DNA of 61,496 nt from an uncultured Planctomycetota bacterium (GTDB lineage: Bacteria; Planctomycetota; Planctomycetia; Pirellulales; Thermoguttaceae), in assembly GCA_902770245.1 (NCBI GenBank), contig CACXSS010000030.1:1-61496 (forward strand). Direction: 5' to 3'. How positions within the stretch are numbered: the stretch's first letter is position 1; the number at the start of each line of letters is the position of its first letter. The translations under genes and the position numbers were made by a program. This document shows, one piece after another, positions 7,019-15,997 of the stretch. Below the pieces are notes generated by a model. It did not search any database and was not told the origin of the DNA. It saw only the letters and a program-made list of their open reading frames with translations.

Positions 7019-10000
7019 ATGTCCGATTTGCCTTCTAACAATCGAATTAGCCGTTGGGTTCAAAATTTGTTGGACTTGACGCTTCGCAACCGTCTTCTTA
7101 ACCTCAAAGACGCGTCGTTTACCATGGAGCTGATCTGTTCAGACGCGGCGGATATAGAAGACCGTCTCGTTTCGGGATCGCTGCCGTTGAAAAACTTCAA
7201 GGAGAGCGAATACGACCCCCGTCAATATCGCTCTGCTAAAACCGATCCGGATTCCGGCGAGGTTTTAGAGGACGAGTCCGCGGAATCCGCTTCCGGACAG
7301 AAGGCGAAAAAGCTCCCGTCGACGGCGCTGTTTGTCAACCAGACGAAAAAGGAAACGGAAAGGCGTTTGCTCAAGCTGTATCGTCAAACAAAAACCGACA
7401 TCAGCGAGGGCGGCGTCAACACGCTCTTTTTGACAATCGGAACGCTGCATTGGCGTGACAAATCCCGAACGGAAAAAGAGTACCTGGCTCCGATTATTCT
7501 TTTGCCGGTCGAACTGATTCGCAATTCCGTCAAGGCGGAATTCCGCGTTCAGCGCACAGACGAGGATCCGTTCGTCAACCCGACGCTGTTGGAAGCGCTC
7601 CGCCGCGATTTCCAGCTGAAAATCACAGACCTGTCTGAACAGGTAGTCGAAGAGAAAGAGGACATCAACGTCAAAACGCTTTTGGACTCGTTTACCGAAC
7701 AGATTTCCTCCATGACGGGCTGGAAGGTCGAGCCGACCTGCTGGCTGGGTCGGTTCTCGTTTGACAAGTTTATCATGTACACGGATTTGAACAACCGCTG
7801 GAAGGAACTGGCGGCGAATCCGGTTGTCAAACAGCTTATCAACCTGACGGACGAACAGGTTCAGGAAGGGGTGGAAGCCAGTCAGGAAGGGACTATCGGC
7901 GTTGAAGTCGAGCAGAGCAACGCGTTCAACGAGCCGCCTGCCGACACCCCGCTGCCGATTGCGGATTATCTCAATTTGTTCCTGCCGATTGCCGCTGACG
8001 CGTCACAGCGTTCTGCCGTTATTGAGTCAACCAAAGGGCGCAGCTTTGTTCTCTACGGCCCTCCGGGAACGGGGAAATCGCAAACGATTACCAACTTAAT
8101 CGCCTATAACCTGGCGATGGGCAAAAAGGTTCTGTTCGTTTCCGAAAAGCGAGCGGCTTTGGAAGTCGTGTACAATCGTCTTTCCAAAATTGGGCTGGGA
8201 CCGTACTGTCTGGAACTTCACTCCAACAAGGCGGTAAAGAGAAAGGTTCTCGACCAGTTCCAGGAAGTCTACGAAATGGGCAAGAAGAACGACGTCAACG
8301 CCGAATGGACCAGAACGTGTTCAGAACTGACCGAGGCGGAACAGACGCTCGACAACTATGTCCGGCAGATTCACAAGCCGATTGTTGGAAACATCTCAGC
8401 GTACGACTGCTTCGGCTGGCTGGCGTCGCATGGGTACAGCTGGACGACCCGGCTTCCGCGTCTTTACGACGGCGCGATTGAAGAGCAGGAACTGCCGGAT
8501 TTGATTAACTCGGCGGAAGAGCTGCAGTCGCACGCCGCGGAAATGGATCCCGCTATGCTCAAAGCGCTCTCGCCGCTGAAACGGTTCAAGTGGAATCCGG
8601 AACTGGAATCCCAGATGATAGAAAGCGCATCAGCGTTTCGCCCGGCGGTTGAAGCGGTAAACCAGGTCTATAAACAGGCGGAAGAGGTCTTGTCGCTGCC
8701 GGATATCAAAGACGCGTCCGCCAAGATCACGCTGGCGTCACAGATTTTGGAGTTCCTTCAGGACTCCGGCCCGCTGCCGTCCAATCTGCTTTCCGAGGCA
8801 TTTGGAAAATTCATGCCGCTGGTTGACATGTTTGTCGAACAAGCCAGACAGTATAAAGACGCTCTTGAAGCGCTGAAGCTGTTTGACCTCAATCGGGTTC
8901 TCAATCTTCGCGTCGTTCAGCTTAAAGATCATATTGAGTACGTTAAAAAATCGTTCTTTATGTTCCGGTTTTTGAAGAAACGGAGCGTTGTCAATGAATA
9001 CGCCAGCCTCGTTCCGCCGTCTAACGGCAAACTGACGTTTGACATGCTGGAAGCGGCAGCGCCGAAAATCGCTGCGCTGCAGGAATCGTACAAACTCCTG
9101 TCGGAACATGGGGACGAAATCCTTGCCGCCGTCGGCGATTGGAACGGCGAATCCGCCAACCTGGAAGAGCTGCTTCCGTCCGTTCAGCGTGGAAAAGTTC
9201 TTCGAGAGATACTGTCCGTTGACTGCTTGACCGCCGCCGACCGCAAGCGGCTGTTCGATTTCGTCTGCGAGCAGACCGCCAATCCGAACGCAAACTTCGC
9301 CGCTTTGAATGCAGAATTCCAGTCTGCGGTTAAAGAGTACCGCATGGCAATGGAAACGTTCAACGAATCCGTTCCCACTCGCACAATGACGCCCATTGAA
9401 GCGATGGCTCTTATTGACGCTCTGCCGCAAGCCGGGCGCTCGCTGCGTCAGTTCTCGTTCTGGACGGACGTCCGAAACGACGCCAGAAGAATGCACCTCG
9501 GACCGTTGGCAAAAGCGATTGAACAGGGCAAAATCGATATTACCAAACAGTCTGCGGCAGAAGCCATGGAAGCGTCTTATCGATGGCAGCTGATTTACAA
9601 AGAGCTGGAATTCAACGACGCGTTGAACCGTTTTGACGGCGTAAGCCAAAACCGCTGCGTTGAACGTTTCTGCTCATTGGACGACAGTTTCTCGAAGCTG
9701 TCGATTCGCAAAATTCTTCTTGCTCTTTCGACGGAAGCCACCCGCGCCGTTTCGGAATCGACCACAACAGGTTCCGCTCTCCGAACGGAAGGCGACTTGC
9801 TGCGCCGGGAAATGAACAAGAAGATGCGCTTCCTGCCGATTCGTTCTCTGCTGGAACGCGCCCCGAATTTGACGCGCCGACTCAAGCCGTGTTTTCTCAT
9901 GTCGCCGCTGTCGGTTGCCCAATATCTGCCGACCAACGACGCCGGCTTTGACCTGGTCGTCTTCGACGAGGCGTCACAAATTCCAACGTGGGACGCTGTC

Positions 10001-11257
10001 GGCGTTATCGCCCGAGCGAAAAACGCGATTATCGTTGGCGACCCCAAACAGCTGCCGCCAACCGCCTTCTTCCAGCGTCAGGACGCTGTTACAGAGGAAA
10101 TAACGGAACAGTCCGAGGACGAAGTCGAAGACATGGAAAGCATTCTCGACGAGTGCATCGCCATCGGCATGGACGGCATGAAGCTCAACACCCACTACAG
10201 AAGCAAGAACGAGTCCCTCATCGCCTTTAGCAACCATTACTATTATCAGGATGAACTGGACACGTTCCCGGCGCCCGACAGGAATTTAGACAGTAGGCAA
10301 GAGGCAGTAGGCAGTAGTGAAGATTCTCGCAACTCGCAACTCGCAACTCGCAACTTTACTGGCGTTCACTTTGAATACGTACCCAACGCGGTTTACGACA
10401 AGAGCAAAACGCGAACCAACAAAGCGGAAGCGCAGCGCGTTGTCGAGATTGTTCTCGACCGCTTGAGCAATCCTAAAACGTCGGCGCGGTCGATGGGCGT
10501 TGTTGCGTTTTCCGCTCAGCAGAAAGACCTCATTGAAGACATGCTCGATCAGGCGGCGGACAGCAATCCGGAACTGGCAAACGCGATGTCTGAAGCGATG
10601 GCGGAACCGCTATTCGTGAAGAACCTGGAAAACGTTCAAGGCGACGAGCGCGACTGCATTATTTTCAGCATCGGATACGCGCCAGACGCCAGCGGGGCGT
10701 TCGCCATGAACTTCGGCCCGCTCAATAAGAGCGGCGGTCAGCGGCGTCTGAACGTTGCCGTTACCCGCGCCAAGGAAGAGATTATCGTTGTATCGTCCAT
10801 TTATGCGTCACAAATTGATTTGAACCGCACCAGCGCCGTCGGTCCGGCACATCTGAAAGCATACCTGGAATTCGCCCAGTCCGGTCGCCCAACCTGGGCA
10901 GACGCCTCCAGCGCCGGTTCGGATTCCTCCGCAGACAAAAACCGCTTTATCCAGTGCGTTGCCGATTTCCTCCGGGAAAATGGCTACGATGTAGACTGCG
11001 GCGTCGGCTTTTCAGACTACAAGATCGACATTGCCGTTGTCGACCCGAAGAATCCCAATCGCTATTGTCTGGCTGTCGAATGCGACGGCGCAGTTTACAA
11101 GAACGCGAAGATCGCTCGCGATCGAGAAAAATCTCGACCCTCCATGCTGGAAGGACTTGGCTGGAAACATTGCCGCGTCTGGTCTACGGAATGGTTTACC
11201 GATCCCGAAAAATCCAAAAACGATTTGCTAAAATGCCTTAAAGGATCGGGGAAATAG
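7019..11257 (+). CDS. DUF4011-type SF1 (Upf1/DNA2-like) helicase fused to a C-terminal Vsr/DUF559-like restriction-endonuclease-fold domain. The architecture is Hhe-like.
   Basis: 1412-aa ORF. Motifs: Walker A VLYGPPGTGKSQT, LVVFDEASQI, IIVGDPKQLPPT, VQGDERDCIIFS, RRLNVAVTRAKEEIIVV. The C-terminus reads DYKIDIAVVDP..CLAVECDGAVYKNAKIARDREKSRPSMLEGLGWKHCRVWSTEWF. Confidence 0.8.
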   Translation: MSDLPSNNRISRWVQNLLDLTLRNRLLNLKDASFTMELICSDAADIEDRLVSGSLPLKNFKESEYDPRQYRSAKTDPDSGEVLEDESAESASGQKAKKLPSTALFVNQTKKETERRLLKLYRQTKTDISEGGVNTLFLTIGTLHWRDKSRTEKEYLAPIILLPVELIRNSVKAEFRVQRTDEDPFVNPTLLEALRRDFQLKITDLSEQVVEEKEDINVKTLLDSFTEQISSMTGWKVEPTCWLGRFSFDKFIMYTDLNNRWKELAANPVVKQLINLTDEQVQEGVEASQEGTIGVEVEQSNAFNEPPADTPLPIADYLNLFLPIAADASQRSAVIESTKGRSFVLYGPPGTGKSQTITNLIAYNLAMGKKVLFVSEKRAALEVVYNRLSKIGLGPYCLELHSNKAVKRKVLDQFQEVYEMGKKNDVNAEWTRTCSELTEAEQTLDNYVRQIHKPIVGNISAYDCFGWLASHGYSWTTRLPRLYDGAIEEQELPDLINSAEELQSHAAEMDPAMLKALSPLKRFKWNPELESQMIESASAFRPAVEAVNQVYKQAEEVLSLPDIKDASAKITLASQILEFLQDSGPLPSNLLSEAFGKFMPLVDMFVEQARQYKDALEALKLFDLNRVLNLRVVQLKDHIEYVKKSFFMFRFLKKRSVVNEYASLVPPSNGKLTFDMLEAAAPKIAALQESYKLLSEHGDEILAAVGDWNGESANLEELLPSVQRGKVLREILSVDCLTAADRKRLFDFVCEQTANPNANFAALNAEFQSAVKEYRMAMETFNESVPTRTMTPIEAMALIDALPQAGRSLRQFSFWTDVRNDARRMHLGPLAKAIEQGKIDITKQSAAEAMEASYRWQLIYKELEFNDALNRFDGVSQNRCVERFCSLDDSFSKLSIRKILLALSTEATRAVSESTTTGSALRTEGDLLRREMNKKMRFLPIRSLLERAPNLTRRLKPCFLMSPLSVAQYLPTNDAGFDLVVFDEASQIPTWDAVGVIARAKNAIIVGDPKQLPPTAFFQRQDAVTEEITEQSEDEVEDMESILDECIAIGMDGMKLNTHYRSKNESLIAFSNHYYYQDELDTFPAPDRNLDSRQEAVGSSEDSRNSQLATRNFTGVHFEYVPNAVYDKSKTRTNKAEAQRVVEIVLDRLSNPKTSARSMGVVAFSAQQKDLIEDMLDQAADSNPELANAMSEAMAEPLFVKNLENVQGDERDCIIFSIGYAPDASGAFAMNFGPLNKSGGQRRLNVAVTRAKEEIIVVSSIYASQIDLNRTSAVGPAHLKAYLEFAQSGRPTWADASSAGSDSSADKNRFIQCVADFLRENGYDVDCGVGFSDYKIDIAVVDPKNPNRYCLAVECDGAVYKNAKIARDREKSRPSMLEGLGWKHCRVWSTEWFTDPEKSKNDLLKCLKGSGK
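10289..10355. repeat. Repeat element inside the helicase CDS: (TAGGCAG-type) x3, then gtgaagatt, then (CTCGCAA) x4
   Basis: It encodes ..[23 protein letters not shown].. in-frame. A near-identical copy is intergenic at 19436-19522. Confidence 0.85.
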
Positions 11258-11267
11258 CTATTAGTCT

Positions 11268-11326
11268 TTAGCCGCCAGCTGTTAGCTTCTGGTTCAAAAA
11301 ACTGGCAGCTAATAGTTGGCGGCTGT
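11268..11326. repeat. Imperfect inverted repeat of the AGCTAAT/AGCCGCC type downstream of the helicase gene; possible terminator
   Basis: ttagccgccagctgttagc and gctaatagttggcggctgtaa flank a 21-nt spacer. Related words occur at 6218-6232, 27339-27474 and 43695-43730. Confidence 0.6.
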
Positions 11327-11345
11327 AAACATTCAAAAGAAATCC

Positions 11346-11777
11346 ATGAACAAATACGACAAAGCGATTGACGATCTCAGTCATTTTATGATACGTCAAA
11401 GCATGTATTTGCTCAGCGGAGCCTCTGACGGAACTGTCGTTCAATCTGGAAACTTCTGGCAGATTGTATCCTTCATAACAGGATACGACACTGCCGCCGA
11501 AGTATTAAAAGGTCATTTTGAACGATGGATTGTTCTCAATACAGATATCAAAAGCTATTTCAATTATGCATTTCCAATACAGATTGTTGTATTGGTAAAC
11601 TCGCGTCTGTCTTCATCTAATACGATTAAAGAGAACCAATATCTTTCCCAATACGACGATGAGTATATTGAGCTGTTGTTTGATTTACTGCTGAGATTTC
11701 TTAACGACGTCAAACAGAATCCGGAAGAACGTCTTGCGGAACTTGACATCAGATTTAATAAGCGCGTACTTGAATAA
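11346..11777 (+). CDS. Hypothetical protein, AT-richer than its neighbours
   Basis: The ORF 11316..11777 was trimmed to the first ATG (MNKYDKAIDD). I recognised no motif. Confidence 0.45.
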   Translation: MNKYDKAIDDLSHFMIRQSMYLLSGASDGTVVQSGNFWQIVSFITGYDTAAEVLKGHFERWIVLNTDIKSYFNYAFPIQIVVLVNSRLSSSNTIKENQYLSQYDDEYIELLFDLLLRFLNDVKQNPEERLAELDIRFNKRVLE

Positions 11778-11782
11778 AAAAA

Positions 11783-11819
11783 CAGCCAGCTTCTGGCTCA
11801 AAAAGCTGAAAGCTGGCTG
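11783..11819. terminator. Bidirectional hairpin between convergent genes
   Basis: cagccagctt and aagctggctg form a 10-bp stem preceded by an A-run and followed by tgatt. The hairpin sits between the stops at 11777 (+) and 11838 (-). Confidence 0.55.
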
Positions 11820-11837
11820 ATTATAGTTAAAGGTAAA

Positions 11838-12998
11838 TTAGAACTTCGTCGTATCGAAGTTATAGGCGTCTTCCCGGTTGCCCAGAGCCGTGTAAATGAG
11901 CGGGTCGATATTAAAGGAGATTTCTCTCGTGGAGCCGTCGCACATGCAGACGTTAAATCCGACTCGGTGCGCGCTGCCCATGGCGTAACGGAATTTGCTC
12001 TTTTCGCTGTCGTTTAAGCGTTTATCCTGATACGGCAGGTATTCGTTCGGGTTCGTTCCGATTGCCATGGCTCCTTTAATGGCGGACATGTTCGTCCAGG
12101 ATTTAACGCCGTTCGTTCCGGTTTGGGGTTCGAATTTCAATCCTGTTCCAACAATTCTCACGTTCGAGCAGGAAATCCCGGTATACATGCAAACGTCTTC
12201 GCCGTTTTCGCAGCCGCCCTGATAGTTGTCTTTGTCGAGAAACTTTTCGCTGAGCAAAATTGTAGACGTCATACCGTCTCGGACGTAGTCAGACGACACT
12301 TCGCTGCCGGCGTAACAAATTCCAAACGACCGCCACTGAACCTGTTTGAAGTTTTTTGTCCAGGTTGCGTTAGAACCTTCAATATAATTTTGGGGATAGC
12401 CAGAGCCAGTAGTATCGAGATTCCAGTAACACTCTGTTGTATTTCCCCCGTTAGCGGCATAGTCGCACTTGGCAACCATCGAGGCGATGGTAATAGTTCT
12501 TTGTCCTGTATCTCCGCCATAAAGAACCGACTGGCTGGAACGCAATGGGTATGTTTGCGAACGTCGCCGCGTTGGGCAGTTACAAACTTTTAACGGGGAT
12601 TCTACCAGGTCTTTGACGCTTTTTTGAGCGTTGTTGTCATCGTAGGCGGCAGAGTTGTTCGCCAAATGGTTGTAGTTGAACAGACGTTCCTGATCCAGGT
12701 ACGGTAAAATCGAGTACAACCATCCGCCCGGTTGAGTGCGTCCAAAACCGTAGTCCGGATAACCAACCCATTTCGGTCCCCAGCCGCCGGAAGGAAAATA
12801 TTTCTGACGTTCCAGATGGGCGCTGCTGGCGGCTCCCATTTGGCGGAGATTGTTTTTACACTGCATGTTTCGGGCGGCTTCACGAGCGCTGTTGACAGCA
12901 GGAAGAAGAAGCCCAATCAAGGTTGAAATAATTGCAATGACAACCAAAAGCTCTACGAGCGTAAAAGCGCGAATATCGCGTTTAGAGTTATGTTTCAT
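11838..12998 (-). CDS. DUF1559 domain protein with a prepilin-type N-terminal cleavage/methylation motif
   Basis: The N-terminus [44 protein letters not shown] is the signature of Planctomycetes DUF1559 pseudopilin-like proteins. Confidence 0.85.
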   Translation of the reverse strand: MKHNSKRDIRAFTLVELLVVIAIISTLIGLLLPAVNSAREAARNMQCKNNLRQMGAASSAHLERQKYFPSGGWGPKWVGYPDYGFGRTQPGGWLYSILPYLDQERLFNYNHLANNSAAYDDNNAQKSVKDLVESPLKVCNCPTRRRSQTYPLRSSQSVLYGGDTGQRTITIASMVAKCDYAANGGNTTECYWNLDTTGSGYPQNYIEGSNATWTKNFKQVQWRSFGICYAGSEVSSDYVRDGMTSTILLSEKFLDKDNYQGGCENGEDVCMYTGISCSNVRIVGTGLKFEPQTGTNGVKSWTNMSAIKGAMAIGTNPNEYLPYQDKRLNDSEKSKFRYAMGSAHRVGFNVCMCDGSTREISFNIDPLIYTALGNREDAYNFDTTKF

Positions 12999-13020
12999 GA
13001 GAGTAGGAGGTAAAAAGGTA

Positions 13021-13078
13021 AATTAGCAATTAGCAATTTTCAATTAGCAATGAGAGCTTCAATAAGAACTCATTGCTA
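13021..13078. repeat. (AATTAGC)n array ending in a 10-bp-stem hairpin, in the 5' leader of the DUF1559 gene
   Basis: The array reads aattagcaattagcaattttcaattagcaatgag. The hairpin pairs tagcaatgag (13045-13054) with ctcattgcta (13069-13078). Confidence 0.85.
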
Positions 13079-13202
13079 ACTACTAAATATAATTATAACA
13101 AGTTTAAGTAAAAAATCCAGTAGGATTTAAACTTCTTGAGAAAAATTTTTTGAATGAGAAACTGGGCAATATAAAGAGACGGCAGAGAGTGGTTAAGATT
13201 AC

Positions 13203-13235
13203 CCTACTGTCTATTGCCTACTGCCTACTGCCTAA
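13203..13235. repeat. Heptamer array (CCTACTG/CCTATTG) x4 abutting and overlapping the lpxB stop codon
   Basis: The sequence reads cctactgtctattgcctactgcctactgcctaa. Confidence 0.9.
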
Positions 13236-14512
13236 TAATACATGTTCTTTAAAATAATCTCTGCCGCCTTTTGAGCGGCTCCGGGACGGCAGACGTGGCT
13301 TTTGAGTTCTTCCAGCTTTTCTTTTTTGCGTTCGTATTCTTCCGGGTCGGAAATCCAGGAAAGGATATTGTCAGCGATAGCTTCGGACGCGTCTCGAGCC
13401 GTCAGGAATTCCGGGAAAAGCGCTTCGCGAGGATTGGGCGCGATTGGCAAGTCCGGCGCTTGAGCGGGAACGGCGCCGTATTCCAGCAAATTGACCAGCG
13501 TGATGTATTTCACTTTTCTGAAAATGCTTTGCAAAAACATTCCCAGCCAGCAGGTTTTGTAAAGAATCACTGTCGGGATTTTGTAGTACAGCAATTCCAA
13601 AGAAACGGAGCCGGAAACCGCCATAACAGCGTCCGACGACGCCATAATCTTTGACGCCGCGCCCACTTCAATAACGACGTCGTCCAGTCTGGCTTTGGCG
13701 GCTTTGGGAGCGATTATTCCCCAATGTTCGTCTTTAAATGCGGCAACCCGAAACTGAATCGGCGTAGCCGAAACCTGGGCAAATTGTTCCTGAATGATTC
13801 GCGCCGCCTTAAGCATGGTCGTAATATTCTGCTCGACTTCCTGAGTGCGGGAGCCGGGAAAAATGCCTATTTGGATAGTTTTTTTCTTCGAATCAATGGG
13901 AGACGAGTTAGGAGTGAGGAGTGAGGAGTGAGGAGTTTTTAAATTCGCCTCCGGCGAATTACTATTCCCTATTCCCTGTTCCCTATTCCCTAGCTCAAAC
14001 TTCTCCGTTTCGTCAAAAAACGGGTGCCCAACGTAGATACATCTGCAGCCCTGATCCTGAAACCATTGCGTTTCAAACGGCAAACCGGACAGAATGCAAT
14101 CCACCCATTTCCGCATTTTTCGGACTCGCCATTGCGCCCAGCCCCAAATCTGCGGCGGGGAATAATAATAGACGGGAATGCCGGCTTTATGCGCTCGTTT
14201 GGCTATATGCCAGTTGAAACCAGGATAGTCAATCAGAACGACGGCGTTCGGTTTTTCGATTTCAAAATATTCTTCCGCCTGAGCGGCAAGATTGAAAAAC
14301 GTTCCAATATTCCACAAAACGCGACCAAACCACATCACCGCCAGCGACGTCAGGTCGAACATCAGTTCCGCGCCCGCTTCCTGCATTTTGGGTCCGCCAA
14401 ACCCAACGCATTGCAGTTCGCCTTCGCCTTGATAGGCGTTTTTGAGAGCGCGAATCAGATTGGCTCCATGAACGTCCCCGCTGGGTTCTCCAACAGAAAA
14501 GAATATTTTCAT
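13232..14512 (-). CDS. lpxB: Lipid-A-disaccharide synthase
   Basis: The ORF 13232..14680 was trimmed to M57 (MKIFFSVGEPSGDVHGANLIRAL, the canonical LpxB N-terminus). Further matches are GFGGPKM, VLIDYPGFN, YYSPPQIWGW, VGHPF and FPGSR. It carries an in-frame repeat element (see 13908-13993). Confidence 0.85.
   Translation of the reverse strand: MKIFFSVGEPSGDVHGANLIRALKNAYQGEGELQCVGFGGPKMQEAGAELMFDLTSLAVMWFGRVLWNIGTFFNLAAQAEEYFEIEKPNAVVLIDYPGFNWHIAKRAHKAGIPVYYYSPPQIWGWAQWRVRKMRKWVDCILSGLPFETQWFQDQGCRCIYVGHPFFDETEKFELGNREQGIGNSNSPEANLKTPHSSLLTPNSSPIDSKKKTIQIGIFPGSRTQEVEQNITTMLKAARIIQEQFAQVSATPIQFRVAAFKDEHWGIIAPKAAKARLDDVVIEVGAASKIMASSDAVMAVSGSVSLELLYYKIPTVILYKTCWLGMFLQSIFRKVKYITLVNLLEYGAVPAQAPDLPIAPNPREALFPEFLTARDASEAIADNILSWISDPEEYERKKEKLEELKSHVCRPGAAQKAAEIILKNMYY
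13908..13993. repeat. Complete composite palindromic element inside the lpxB CDS: (GGAGTGA)n, then AATTCGCC-TCC-GGCGAATT, then (CTATTCC)n
   Basis: It has the same architecture as the intergenic copies at 6353-6462 and 6890-6984. It is translated as ..LGNREQGIGNSNSPEANLKTPHSSLLTPNS.. Confidence 0.9.
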
Positions 14513-15760
14513 CGTATAAATGCCTCTACTAACGCTATGTCCTGACTGGGAAGAACCGTTCGCATATCCAAAATCAGGACGTCTTCTGCCGCAGTTCCCA
14601 AAACGGCGGGCGCCCCGCGAGTCAATCGCTTGCTTAATTCCGCTGGCGTCATTCCTTTCGGTTTGACGACAACCCGACACGTTGGCAGTTTAATCGACAG
14701 CCACTGGTTATCTATCGTTGACTGCTCCACGATTTCCGTTTGAGCCGAGTCGACCCAATCGGAAACGGCGATTTGCTTTTGAATTCGCTGCGCTCGGTTG
14801 GCAAGATTGGCTTCGGAAAAATGCAGTAAAGTCCGATCGGCACTGATCAATAAACGCTTTTCTCCCTAAAATCATTCCGCAAACGGGACCGCCAAACAAC
14901 GACCCGCTTCGCATAATAACAACGTCCGCCCCATCTGTCAAGGCAGAAGACGCGCTGACGGTATCTTTGCCGCCAATCAGACCTGACAAACCGATGTCGA
15001 CAATAAGCGGAATCTTGCGAAGCTTGGCGATTTTGGACATCTCCGCAATAGTCGGCTGAATGCGTCCGGACTCTTTTTCCGCGGCGGAGTAAATATACAA
15101 AAAAGCTCGAACGTTTTCTGGAAGGGCGGAAAAATCGTCAACCGTCGTCCGGTTGACGCTTCCCACTTCCAAAATCGAACAGCCCGATTCCTGAAGAATA
15201 TCGACAATCCGGCTGCCGGACGGAAGTTCAAACAGCTGACCTCGACTTATCGCAACAGGAGCCGTTTTGTCTTGTTCCGCTCGTTTATTCAAGGCGTGAA
15301 GAACCAAAAACCAGCCGGCAGTCGCCGAATTGACCGGCATGACGCTTTCTGCGCCGGCAAGCTGATTGATCAGGGATTCTACGCTTCTAAGAAGCTGAGC
15401 GTTGTCCCATTTCCCAACCGGACGCCCCATGGCGGCGTAGTCTTTAGCCAAATCCGTCATGACGTTAATCGCCTGACTTGCCAGCGGCGCCGATCCCAAT
15501 TCCGGAGGAAACAGACGTCCGGTCGCGTTTATCGTCGGAACAAGACGCGCCGGCTCGTTTTGAAGCAGCTTGTCTGCAATTCGATCCGCAACTTCCGTTA
15601 CCGTCGGCAAAGACATGTCCAAAGCCGATTCTTTGGTTTGGAGCGCCAGTTCGCCCAAAACCAGAAGAGCGGTCGAAACAACTTCACCCCGGTTGAGTTT
15701 GGTTATCAGCCCCTTTACCAGAGGAACTTCAAGGATTTCGTTTATGGTTGGAAGATTCAT
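14509..15760 (-). pseudogene. SelA-like (L-seryl-tRNA(Sec) selenium transferase family) gene split by a +1 frameshift near 14838-14850
   Basis: ORF 14708..15802 (true start probably MNLPTINEIL at 15760) carries the N-terminal and PLP-fold part. ORF 14509..14850 in the +1 frame carries a SelA-like C-terminal domain (..TPAELSKRLTRGAPAVLGTAAEDVLILDMRTV..). The second frame opens only just after the ILG codons. This could be a real pseudogene or a sequencing indel. Confidence 0.6.
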
Positions 15761-15762
15761 GG

Positions 15763-15811
15763 CAATTAGTAATGAGTAATGAGTAATGAGTAATTGACGC
15801 AAAGCGCCTCA
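15763..15811. repeat. Leader element: (TAATGAG)n array plus the conserved box TTGACGCAAAGCGCCTCA, abutting the SelA-like start codon
   Basis: The same box-plus-array occurs at 59759-59812 (guaA leader), 15942-15997 (tsaD leader, mirrored) and 58150-58195. Confidence 0.85.
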
Positions 15812-15941
15812 ATAATTGATAATTACTCTTTACTAATTATACCCGATTTCTCTTTCTTATCAAAGAGGTATTTCTTCTCTAAGGGGGTCTTTTATCAAAA
15901 AATAAAAAGAGTAAAATATAATTGAATTAGTAATTTACCGT

Positions 15942-15997
15942 GAGAGAATCGCCTTGCGCCAATTACTAATTACTAATCACTAATTACTAATTCCCTA
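15942..15997. repeat. Leader element: conserved box GAATCGCCTTGCGCCAATTAC plus a (TAATTAC)n array running into the tsaD ATG
   Basis: The sequence reads aattactaattactaatcactaattactaattccctaATG. It is a mirror image of 15763-15811 across the divergent intergenic region. Confidence 0.85.
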
